A program made the position numbers and the translations under genes. Shown here piece by piece: positions 52,501 to 63,789 of a DNA stretch of 64,000 nt (position 1 is the stretch's first letter; each line of letters starts with the position of its first letter). Source of the DNA: Polymyxa betae A26-41 (taxonomy: Eukaryota > Protista > Endomyxa: Phytomyxea); the NCBI GenBank assembly GCA_003693705.1, contig RBZT01000404.1, forward strand, positions 70,115 to 134,114. Reading direction: 5' to 3'. The notes beneath the pieces were generated by a model. The model was not told where the DNA came from. It saw nothing but the letters and a program-made list of their open reading frames with translations, and searched no databases.

Positions 52501-53396
52501 ACAGATTCGCTAACGCAATAGTAATCGATGTAACAGAAAGTCTAGGTAGCACTGGCAATAAGAAACCAAGTCGATCTACAAACATTTCATACGGATGAAA
52601 TCCCTGAAAGTGATGCAATCGATCTATAAGTTAAAAGGGCTGCGGATATTGGAGACGATATTGTGCACGACCCAGTTATCTGTTCATACAGAAACTTAAA
52701 CTGAAAAAAGATGGAAAACGAATTCGTAAGAAGTTCGTAGAGGACAACGTCAAAGAAGTCAGTTCACAAACTATCCCAACAGACTGCCATTACGTGATGG
52801 ATATGTGAGAATCCGACATAGACCTGGGTTCACAGATATCCGTCTCAAAATAGATCATGCGTTGGTACATCTCAGAAGAAGATAATACGTGTAGGCATTG
52901 TAACAAGTATCCCGAAACGATAGAACACCAATTGGTCAAGTGCAAAAAGCTCAAAACACAACTAAAGAAATTCTCCCGAGAGTACAAAAGACGAAAAATC
53001 ACCGATTTTAACGAAGCACTTTACATTCTAGAAAAGCTCATGAGAAAGTTTCTCAACGCAGGCTATAAACACGGATGCTATATATAACGACAAAGAGGGA
53101 GAGCATAATCAGTAGGGGTGTATTAGGGGGAGTAGGGTACATGGGTTCGAGTCCCTGTTGGTTCATACTTCACTGAGGCATTCTTAGGTCCGGACATAGG
53201 GGGCCGAACTCTGATGAATCTTCTACAAAACGGGTGAAATAATGTCCGCTCCGAAAATGGATAGAAGGAGCAGGACTATACTACCTAGTGACCATATGTG
53301 TCCTATAGGCCATGTCCTTAGGAGATAGCACCGCCTCTTGATACTTGATGACAATCAACGAACTATTCGAATCGAATCCAAATCCAATCCAAAATC
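49574..53396 (+). mobile_element. Decayed non-LTR retrotransposon (LINE): APE endonuclease, RT, RNase H, CCHC finger, (AATCC)n tail
   Basis: IITGDLN, TPTRKENTLDITL (EN); SAKGRDG, LIPLLKP, QFGCRPGH, DFTKAYDRV, GIPQGS, YVDD (RT); IAIWTDGS (RNase H); CRHCNKYPETIEHQLVKC. A-rich strand with many stops and frameshifts; tail aatcgaatccaaatccaatccaaaatc. Confidence 0.92.
51131..51374. mobile_element. 244-bp MITE inserted in the LINE RT region
   Basis: TIRs agtgggtatcaaa / tttgataccccct (12 of 13 match), flanked by ATT on both sides. Excision restores KKMIESNTPAYLISII. Internal repeated palindrome ttaaaagcgcttttaa. Confidence 0.85.
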
Positions 53397-53684
53397 ATGT
53401 ATCAATATTAAGTTTTGGGGGGCCAACTTTCCTCTCATGTGGTCAAACATAAGTAACCGATGATGGTCAAATCAGCATGTCTCACCATCAAATGTTGCCA
53501 CTCGAAGACTTTATAGCTGTAGAATTCGTGATTACAGATCTGCTTAGCAAAATCAAAATAACTTTGTTAGATTTTAGCTGAGATGCGGTTAGGGTTTACG
53601 GTTTCAGGGTTTCAAAACTGCGAATGTCAAGCAAACCCATCGAGAGATTCCTGGACAGAGGAGCTGTCGGTCTGTCATTCAGCC

Positions 53685-54520
53685 ATGTTGATCAACAAAG
53701 ACACGATCTTGAACGGCCCGAGAGTATCGCTGGTTCCTTATCGAGTAGTGCTCTCTACAGAGTCGATCAGCTGCTGCTAACAACTGTCCTTACAGGTCGA
53801 CCATGTCCCTGAATATCATTCCTGGATGCAGGTCAGATCGAATCTCTTCGTCTTGGCAACTTTTTAATTTTTTTTCGTTGTTTGACTGTGTGGCTTTTAT
53901 CTGATGATTTGTCAATTCAGGATCCTGAAATCTTGGAGTTGACCGCCTCGGAGCCTCTAACTCTAGAAGAGGAGTACGCCATGCAGCAGGAATGGCTCAA
54001 TGACCCTCATAAATGCACCTTCATTGTGGTTGATCGAGAGTCGGGACGTCCTGTTGGAGATGTGAACATCTTCACCGAATTCCACGAACCTGGAGAAGGC
54101 GAAATTGATGTCAGTTCGCTTGCTAACAATTGCTTTCTTTTGCATTTTTCAGCTATTCGATTTTTTTTCGCGAAAATTTCTTCTTTTTTGTTTTAGATTT
54201 GCAAACATTTCGAGCATTATTCTGAAATATGTTTCCAGGTAATGATAGCGTTGAAAGAGTTCCGGCGTAGAGGGTTGGCGTCCGAAGCCTTGATGTTGAT
54301 GATGAATTACGCTCGTGATGCCCTTGGATTAAGACAGCTGGAGGCCAAGATCAAGGCCAATAATGGACCATCACAAACGTTATTCGAACGGATGGGATTC
54401 CATCAGATATCGTTCACTGAATGTTTCAATGAATTTACATATCTCAAGTGTCCACTTTACACTCCATCTGATTTTGCCTCTTCGTTTTTGAATTGGAGGG
54501 CTCTCGGACCGAATTGTTAG
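53685..54520 (+). CDS. NAT9: N-acetyltransferase 9-like GNAT, multi-exon
   Basis: MLINKDTIL...VSLVPY, HVPEYHSWMQ|DPEILELTASEPLTLEEEYAMQQEW..D..KCTFIV, GDVNIF, GEID|VMIA..RRRGLA, AKI...N..S..LF..MGF. Confidence 0.93.
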
Positions 54521-55517
54521 ATCATAGCTTCCAATAGGATCGAATCGGTTGCGTTTAGGGTTTGCCCGGCATGCCGAAACTCACAATTGCAGCAATTTCG
54601 AACATTAAGTTGATCGCTGAGGTAAGTTCCTTCCGAATTCAGAACATGAAAGCTCGGCATCCGAATGGCTTCCATGGATGGGTTCGACAGCTTATTCAGA
54701 CGACGACATTGACGATCTGCATGCAGCCTGACGAAATCTAAAGTGTACGCGGGCCGCAGCAATCCGCCCACGATCTGGTCGAGGTCGCGACGGATACGGA
54801 TTCGGCCCCCCCCCGGAATGGGGTGTTGCGGTGAGCGGTTACTGGGATGTCATGGGCCAGTACCGACCTGGTTGGAGGCGAGCGCCGGGAACAGCAACAC
54901 CGGAACAGGGTCATGTCGTATATTTATTCGATTTGTAACAGCGCTATCCCATCTAATGATATGATGATGCTGTCACATTCAGATGATGGGTTTTGTAGAC
55001 GCTCGGGTGATGATATCGATCGTGCTCTCCGCCTAATACGGCTGCGATAAGATCAGCGAACTTTGCTGAGAAAAGGTCGTACACAGCTGTGCAGCAAAAA
55101 TGCGAGAAGCAGAGCAGCCAGCGACTCATGAGACCTGGCTTCATTCTGGAATCGAGCCCAGCGAAAGTTCGTTAGGAACAAACACGTGGCTGCCAATCTG
55201 TCTTAAAATTGAACCGCTGATGAGCCAGTACGTCAAATGTGCTGGTTTTTGCCATCACGCTAACTTCTTCGAAATGTTTGGAAATGGTTATGCAGTAACG
55301 ACTAAAGAACAACTGCTTGGGTTCTCAGTATTCTTGCCGACTTGCTTCGGATTTTAATTCTGTTAGAACAATCAAGGTCACAAATTCGTATTTCATTGAC
55401 TTACTGGGTCTTTGGCTTGATCGACAATTAGATGATGTTGCTCTAGTAGCTTTGTATGTACAGACAGTTCAGGGGACTGCAGCTGTAAGCGTACCTTCTT
55501 GAAACTTGCGGTGAATT

Positions 55518-55605
55518 GCCTCTTTAGCTCAGTCGGCAGAGCGTAGGTCTCATATCCATTCTCAGAGCAATCCTGAGGTCGTGCGTTCGATCCGCACAGG
55601 AGGCA
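55518..55605 (+). tRNA. tRNA-Met (CAT, elongator type) with a 15-nt canonical intron (55555-55569)
   Basis: GCCTCTT/AGGAGGC acceptor stem, GCTC/GAGC D-arm, TAGGT-CTCATA[intron]A-TCCTG, GTGCG-TTCGATC-CGCAC T-arm; followed by a T-run terminator. Confidence 0.93.
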
Positions 55606-55910
55606 TAGTTTTTTGCCGTCGATCAAATTGCACCGTTTTGCTCTGCCTGATCGGTTCTGGAATTTGTTGACATCGAAAGTGTAGGTAAGAGCGGCCCATC
55701 ATTGATATTTTGCATGCTTTCTGAGATTTAGGCCTTTGGACATCTGGGTTATCGTTCGATTGTATACGTTCCTGTTCGGGAAAGGAAATTCATGTAACGT
55801 GCTTGCTCTCTCATCAAGGCAATATAATGCTCCAACGAACCCCGATACCGCCTCTCGTTTGCTCATTTTGTTTAAAATTGCAAAAAAACAAGAGTTTCAA
55901 AACAACAATG

Positions 55911-55983
55911 GGGCTGTTCCGGGATTTGAACCCGGGACCTCCCGCACCCAAAGCGGGAATCATAGCCACTAGACCAAACAGCC
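55911..55983 (-). tRNA. tRNA-Pro (TGG)
   Basis: Reverse complement GGCTGTTTGGTCTAGTGGCTATGATTCCCGCTTTGGGTGCGGGAGGTCCCGGGTTCAAATCCCGGAACAGCCC folds into a full cloverleaf. Confidence 0.95.
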
Positions 55984-56677
55984 GAAGATGCTACAAACAT
56001 AAGAAATTGGACATAAGTAATGTATTGCAGCGAATGACAAGCATCTATGCTACGAATGGTTTAGAAAAATCGGTTTCCTTTAAACGGATGGGAGAATGCA
56101 CCCCGAAGCAGGATCGCCACAAGAAAGGAATTGCTGATAACAAGTGAAGTATTTCTGAAAAGGCACTTTTTAAGTTCGAAGAGACGAGCTGTTTCAATTC
56201 ACAAAGATGCAATCGGCCGTAACTGCACTACTGCAGCAATATGGTCTTGGTTTCAGCCTGCATCTGCATTCTGCCAGATTCTAGCATATAGTCTGTAAAG
56301 TTGGCAAACGAGAAGCAATGTTTGGGAGTCAATCGCTCTTACTCCAATGGAGCCATCGGCTTGGTGTCCGAGCTAATCAGCAAATTATCCAGGTTTTGCT
56401 TTAAAGATCATAGGGTGTGCCTTTCATCCACCTTTTTACCCTAGAAAACAGATATCCGAAGGTGCACATGTTTTTCTAGCCCGATCAGCAAAGATTGGCG
56501 AAGTTTCACTGATTTCAGCGCTAAAGTGGATTGAATAGCGACTGGATCTGGAAGCTTCCAGTAGAAAAAGCCAGAGGCGTTTCTTAAATTATGCGCATTC
56601 AACAACGGGTTCAAATGTGCCAAACGTAACCCGAGCTAATAAGCACTGCGTTGAATCTGATAACCAGGGAGGGTTTA

Positions 56678-58713
56678 CTTAGAGCGGGCTATTCCTATTG
56701 GCGTCTTGAGCGTCAGATCGCTCCAAATCATTAGAAACTAATAGAGTCGTTGAGTCATCACGTATGAAGAGAGGTTGCCCATCAAGACGGATGAACTATA
56801 GAACAGCCGATTAGTTTGTGAGCGCTTTCCGACAACATAACTCACACTTAGCAAAAGGTCGATGTCCGACATGTTGAGAGATGTTATTGATTCATTAGCA
56901 GGGGCCATATTCGTGATCATCGAAACATGACCGACCTGTGGAAAGCAAGTTTAACATGTCGCTAAACATTGCGATAAATCAAAAGGTACATCTGCGAACA
57001 TTCTCATCGGCTCTTGAATCTCTCTGATTCTGTTCTAAATTCAAGAGTCACAATGGGAAGATTTGAACAGTCAAGACGCTTACCGATTCATCAGCGTCAA
57101 TGATTTCCATCTGATATGTGGAAATCGATACACATTCTGCAGCTGTAATTGGATTCTGGGCGGATGTCATTTACGAATTTCGGAACATGATTATCGTCAA
57201 AATTTTACATTAAACTGAGGAATAGACCCAGAAGGGTTCCAATTATGTGTAGTAGGCTCCATCTGTCCAGCATCCATCATCGTAGCAAAACCAGGCGCAT
57301 TCATCGGGGAATCCTGTCACCAAAACATCATTCGCTACAGTGAATAATAACGTCTTGATATGATACCCTGCTTAAGTCTATCAGCGGCGATTCTTTAGGA
57401 ATCCGAAGCTGACAATCTCGGCCCTGTAATCAGAGGTTAAAACCAATAGACAACGGAAACATAAAGAACGCTCACAGCTTCCATCAAAGCTGCCGCATAT
57501 TCCTCAGCTATATTGATGCAGCTATCGGAGTCTCGATTTTTGATAGAGGCCATACTTGGTGACAGCGACCCTTTGGGCTCCATATCTAATTCCCCGCCCT
57601 AGACAGACAGATCAATAATTTAGACACGTGGAACATCACAGATGCTCACAGCATTCTCAACTATAGTGAGGGAGCTAACAGACTCCTGTTGGACCGCGGC
57701 AATATCTGTCGATAGCGATTCTCTGGGAATTCGCATTCGAAATTCGCCACCCTAGTAGCCATGTCAGAAGATTTGTGGAAACATTTGAGAAATGCCGACA
57801 GCTTCCATCCAGGCAGCATCAAATTCTTCTGCTACATTGATATGCTGAACAGTATCGATTGAGAAGATATCATCGAGAAAGTGAGTAAGTTTCAGCTCAC
57901 ATCAAAATCGAACTGTTGTGGTTCCTATAAAACGTCTTAGCAGCAGACCTTCTAGGCACAGGCAGTTTCATACCGCAACGACCGCAGCAATGTCTTCTTC
58001 AGGAGCACAGTCCATCACCTGAATGGCAGATGGGGGTTCCTACCAAACATCTTAGTTGCAGAACTCAGCATCACCAGCAATTCATACCTTATCGACGGCA
58101 GATAGATCTTCTTCAGGAACACGGATCAGAACGAATTCATCCTGAAGGGCAGATTTCAAACGACGGATCAGGTATTCCTGGCCAGTTCTCACATTTTCGA
58201 GCAGCTCCGATGAAAATAGGGAGAACGAGCTCAATTCTGTTGTCAGATCCAGATGCTAACGACAAGCTTAATGGTATCGAATAGACGATACAGATAGGAC
58301 TTGCATTGAGAGAGATGGGAGATGAGAGCGAGGCCGAGCTCCAACACGCGTCATTGATCGATCTCTGTTTCTTGATAGCACGTGACAGGGAGGTTGCGCC
58401 CACTCCATTGAACGACCTCTGCCGCCTCATAACGCGAGACTTGGAGGCTGCTCCCACTCAATTCAGCAACTTTTTTGAAGCGAAGTGAGGACAAACCATC
58501 AGAGATGTCGGTCAGAGGTCGGAACTTTTGACTTTTCAATGATCTCATGAGGATGTCGTGTTCGGGCGAACCGTGAATGTCATACAGATTCGATATCGGC
58601 TGCGATTTAGCCGACGATGTGGTGGCATTGTTACGAAGGGGAAATTTGCGCTTAGGGCCAGCTTCGATCAGGCCGAAGATGACGGGCAGGACGAGTAGGC
58701 AGAGCAGCTTCAT
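56678..58713 (-). CDS. Secreted protein built from many short phase-0 exons with duplicated modules; candidate effector (3' end uncertain)
   Basis: Signal peptide MKLLCLLVLPVIFGLIEA; successive small exons include INVAEEFDAAWMEA|GGEFRMRIPRESL and INIAEEYAAALMEA|GRDCQLRIPKESP. Confidence 0.6.
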
Positions 58714-60279
58714 GAGTAAATGATGCCGTGGCGGACTTTGTCCTGAGCTGGAAAAAGCCAAAAGGGATCCTGCCAATGCTTGTTTTAGATTTAGGTCGTA
58801 AAGTTTCTGGGCATTATCGCAATAGTAATTACGAAGAGCTGAAATTAATATAGGAATGTTGCTGCCCTCAGTGTGGTTTCATCAAAGAATCTGGAGTATT
58901 GAATTTAGTGAATTTTGGGACAGAATTACCAAGAGGACGACGACATCTGCGCAGCCTGTCACGGCGGGACGTTCCGAAAAAGTATCCGTCGGCGAGTCGG
59001 ACACGATCACTGGGTTATGACCCGGACTGATTTAATGCTGCTTGATAGATTCAGTTCACAATGTCAGATTACAGCCGATAATTCGCTCAATATAGAGCTG
59101 GTTATGACGTCCAGATATGATCAACGGATCTAAGACAGCATCAGCGCCCGTCTGAGCTTCCCGAGCTGGCATATTTGAATCGTTACCGTCGCTGGACGCA
59201 AACACAGCGAAACTCCTATGATGCGGCTGCGACGAAAAACTTCTTTAGTCTGCAATAAGCAGGCCAACGCTGATTTCAAATCCGTCCATGAAACCTCAGC
59301 TAACATTTGACAGAATTCCAAGAGACTCGGCAATGACCTACGGATTATGGCTGACGATGTTATTGCAGGACTGCTTCGCTTTTAACATTTAAACAGAATC
59401 TGGTGCTGGAAGATGCTGGAAGAGCCATTCTTGGATCTTCATCAAACAGTGAACGTAACGTCGAGCAAAGCGATTCGTCACGCAAAAACAAAATGCTCAC
59501 TGAAACGAGGCGGAAGGTTTCGCAAACATTCGGGTACGACCGTCCGTGTGCTTGCTTAGAAGTGATCGGGTGATGACCTGCCCGGGCTTCCGTGAGCGAG
59601 GTTGACGAGATTCGAGGACTGGCAGGCCAAAAGAGCGTAATCTGATTGAAATCAGTGATAATTGCTGAATGCGATTCTACCAGGCCATCTGTTCATTCTG
59701 TTGATATCAGCGAGCGGTTCGTTCAGTGCATTGCTACACTGATCCTCTGGCTTCAGCAAAACCAGATTTGAATTTTGCTTGATGTCTCAAACAAAAACTC
59801 GAAGAAAGAGTTGTGGTAAATTTTAGGATGTGATGATACCATTCACTCGAGCACGAGAAAGATACAGGTTTAATTATCAAATTATTATAAATTCCATTTA
59901 TTTCAATTCAATATTTTCACTTTTTCATCATTTTCTCATGCCAAAATGAATAGACCACGCCCATATATAAGAATGATCAACTTTGTCTGCTTGGACGACC
60001 GAAAAGCTGTTCAGCGAAAGGAGAGTCGGTTTCGGGCGCTGGCTTATTCAGGTAGAACGCAAGCTGTATCATCATACAAGAGGAAAATTTGGACAGGAAC
60101 ATTCGCCGGGGTTTTCTGATATTTGAGCCGAACCGGGATCCTTGTAGAATTCGTCTCCTTTCCGCTTCTGGACGAATCGGCTTCGATACGTTTAGGGCTG
60201 AGTCGAAATCGGATTATTGAAAGGTGTAGATTGCGCATAGCCGGGGGCGTACCCGAATCCATGTCGAAGGGCAGATGCT

Positions 60280-60492
60280 CAATACTTCGAGAGACCTACA
60301 GATCCCCCAAAATCCAGCCAAGCCGCCAATGAATATGACATGGTTATTCGAAATCCTATCGAGACGCGTCCTAAAGGTAGCCCCAAGGCTGGGGCGAAAC
60401 GATCGATAAGTGAAGTCGAGAAACAGCGGAATCGACGTAAGAAGAATAAAACGACCGGGCTGATCAACTCATATGACAAGTATCCAAGATGA
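60280..60492 (+). pseudogene. Possible MULE transposase C-terminal relic
   Basis: VIRNPIETRPKGSPKAGAKRSISEVEK resembles the basic xPxxxRxKGRPK..KRxxSxxE tail of MULE proteins. Confidence 0.3.
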
Positions 60493-61112
60493 TTAAGACT
60501 TAAGAACCTATTTGTGGGACTCCGTGGCCGCACAAACCACTTACTACCGTAGTTGTGCCACTGGTCGCACAAGTTCGAACGATTTAAAGAAACCATCACC
60601 ACTGATGAAATTGAGTGAATTTCGACCGTTCTTGCACTTTGAGCATTAATTGCTTCATAGTGCGAAACTTAATTTTAAATTATCATCCAAATTGTATTTA
60701 TATGGAACTAGTGTGCGTAGACCGCTCCGCTCAGAGCGGAGCGGTCCTTCTTGGGGGCGTTTGCTAAGCGTTTCCTAGTGCGCAGCTTTGTTTATGGGCG
60801 GGGTTGTACGACGCTGTGCTGTGGCGTTGGGTGTTGCTGTAAAAACGAAAGACCCGATTTTCAATGACAAATTCCAGTCGAAACCTCCCACGGAGCCCCG
60901 TCCCCAGCGGTCATTCCGCCTCTGGACCGCTTTTTGAGGCAGTATGAATTTTGAGCACGACAGATTGGATTTTTATCGATGACAAATCCGATTCCGCAAT
61001 TGGTGGGGGCTCTGCCCCCCGCCCCCGGCGCTCGACGCGCGGGCAGCCTCCTTCGTCGGCCGGACAGTCGTCATAACGTCTCGTGTAAAAAAAAACAAAA
61101 ACAAATTCAAAT

Positions 61113-61194
61113 CCCTAATAATAAAGACCCCTAAAAGAACACCCTAAAAACACCCTAAAAAGACCCCTAAAAACACCCCTAAAAAGACCCTAAA
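61113..61194 (+). repeat. Interstitial telomere-like array (7 CCCTAA cores, about 12-bp period)
   Basis: ccctaataataaagacccctaaaagaacaccctaaaaacaccctaaaaagacccctaaaaacacccctaaaaagaccctaaa. Confidence 0.8.
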
Positions 61195-62243
61195 GAAGCC
61201 CCGAAATGTCGGAGCGAAGATAGGCACGATCGCATGCGGGACCGCAAAACCCCCGGTCTCACCAACGCGGGTTTTTCCCTTCCGCGATGCGATGTGACCA
61301 CAGTTCGCGGGCCTCCTACCTCGCTCGATCACCGACCCGCTGACGCGGGTACCCCGGTGATGGGCTCACAGTTGTCACCCCCAGCGAAGCCACTGTCCAC
61401 GCCTAAATCCCCTTCAAATTTGGCGAATTTTCATTTTTTCAGTGTAACGTAAAGTCCGCGAGCCTGTATGTACCAGGCAAGTTGGCCCCAACGAAGCCAC
61501 AGACCACGATAAATCCCGAATAAATTTGGAGAATTTTTATTTTGCAGCGTAACGTAAAGTCCGCAGTCCTGTACGGACCAAGTGGGCAGAAACCGCTCGC
61601 AAAAAACGGGACCTTTTCAGTGTTTTTTGAGTGAATTGCGTAATTGCAAACCGATCGCAATCACGATTGGCAGGTCGTTGACTGGCGCAGTCGACGGAAA
61701 CCCTAATTTGCAATATTCGTTTTTCGAACTGGCCCAACTCCGTCAATATTTGCGAGACGCCGTCGAGATGATGCTCGCACTTTATGATACATTTGCGAAA
61801 TAGTTTGTCGTGTGTCCAGTACGACCAATCCGTGGCTCGTTCCGTGACGGTCTGCGTCCTTGTCAATGGTTTCTGACTGGCCGACTGGCAAACTGTCGAC
61901 GACACCCTAATTTGCAATATTCTTAGTTCGCACTGGGCCAACTCGGTCAATATTGCCGTGACGCCGATGAAATTTTTCCGATCGTCGCACTTTACGATAC
62001 ATGCGACAAAAAAACGTCCCGAGACCTGTACGACTCCGCAGCCTCCTTTCCCGACGTACCGGTATGTACATGAAATAACTGGGGAAGCAGGGAAGGGGGT
62101 CGGCTTTCCCGTGCCGCGACTTACACCAGCGACTGACCCGGGAGGCCGTCCTTTAGCAGCGACTGGCGCCCAGTTCCAACGTTCCCAACAAACTTTATTT
62201 ACAATATAGGGAGTTTTCTGTATTTTAGATGGGGACGAACGCA

Positions 62244-63668
62244 TTAAGCATTGCTGGAAGAAACGGTCCCCGGCAACCATGACTCCAGCAGATATTGTTC
62301 AAACAACTTGGACCCCAGTCGAATAATGTCTTCGTCGACCTGGTTCACGTCCACACTGGCGTAGTTCGTCTTCATGGTTGGCAACTGGTGATGAGCTGCC
62401 ATAGCTACGGATTCCTGTTCTAACTCCGGGACGTGTTTTAGAAGTTCCCGGGCCTGCATATGTCGGAACGCCGTTTGGCGTAAAATGAAATTGCGGTGCA
62501 ACGCGTTCCAATAAACGGCGGTTGAGCTGTGACAGGCGAAGTTGTTTGGCTTCGCCGTTACGGCCAGGAACGCAGAAACATTGACTCGAGCTGCCAGCAA
62601 CAGGATAAATGTTGGCGACGATCGGGCGAATCTGTTCCACCCAAACGCGCAGAAATCGGACACCCGCTTCCGACATGAAATGTAACATAAACGTTCGTTT
62701 TCCTGCAATACAATTGTGATTTTCGGAGCACCGACCATCGCTACTGTTCGTACGCGTCTTATGGGTGATTTTGAAATCGTAGCTGCGCCATCGATGATCG
62801 ACCGAATTCAGACATTGGACAGCCTCGTCGAGTAGCCGACCGATATGTTGGACACCTGCGGGATCGTTACAATCATCACCAGTGAGCAGCATTCGACAAC
62901 CTGAAGCATGAATAGAATCGACTCAGCAATGTGCTCGAGATGATGTCGTTGACGTCGCATCTGTAGTTCCATGATCAGCTGTCCAATAGAATCGGAGATG
63001 GAATGGCGAATGTCACCCCTGATTGAAAGTCTTTCATCTGACCTGTCAAGGGCGTCAATACAGCTCGGACCACGGTTTGCAACGTCTCCGGAACCGGAAC
63101 AACAGATACTTGGCGGTCCCCGATCATCTGCGTCTGCTGTTCGGGATGAAGGCGCTCCTCCTCGAGCAGCGTGTCTCGCTGCGAAAATCAGGCACAATCA
63201 AACGATTGGAACCGTTTTCTATACTCGGTCATAAGCACAGTCTCGCAGGCGCTGGCGGCATTCAGCTGACACCTTGATCACTTGCAGATTGTATCAATTT
63301 ATAAACGTTCTGGATACTGAGCCATTCATGCTGCTTCTTCATGAGCCGCTTCAGCGTGCGTTCGGGCGTCGAATGAGGACCTCGCTCCAGAATACTTTTA
63401 GGAAGGAACGGATAGATACAGCGAGCGATGTCCCTGGTTTGAGCTTGGACAGCCTGTCAAGAATTGAATCCCGGCCCGAGCGAGCTTGGTGACGCCGTCG
63501 TACCTGCTCGATGGATTTCTGCTTGCGTCTGCCTCGGACGCCAAGTGCGGCGAAACTTGCAATCGGCGTCACGGCCTCAATAAGCCACCCCGGAGCGTTG
63601 AATGTTCGGACGCGACCGTTTCGAGGTCGGAACCAACTGTCGTGATGGAAGAGAAATGGATCGTCCAT
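62244..63668 (-). pseudogene. Intron-containing tyrosine recombinase gene, one frameshift near 62475
   Basis: ITHKTRT (catalytic K), FLRVWVEQIRPIV, then HFTP/TAFRHMQA (HxxR box, joined after removing one A), VAMAAHHQLPTMKTNYA (H/W box and catalytic Tyr at 62361-62363). 5' exon ATG 63668 with a 50-nt GT-AG intron. Confidence 0.7.
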
Positions 63669-63789
63669 ATCTGTTGCGATGATGGGAAACGGGATGCTCC
63701 TCGAAACGCTCTTTGTACCGTAGACTCTCTTATAATTGGTCCTCTTATAATCGATTCTCGCTTATAATTGATCCAAAATTCACACGTTT

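Noticed and set aside
55393-56147. Short ORFs at 55393-55626, 55736-55972 and 55803-56147
   Set aside because: They overlap the two tRNA genes and are spurious translations.
58915-59830. Possible small multi-exon gene on the plus strand
   Set aside because: Some spliceable frames exist, but no coherent model or homology could be supported.
60775-60778. Second CTAG as a plus-strand Helitron end
   Set aside because: It is about 29 nt from the strong hairpin with only a weak local stem; the minus-strand CTAG|T at 8 nt spacing fits better.
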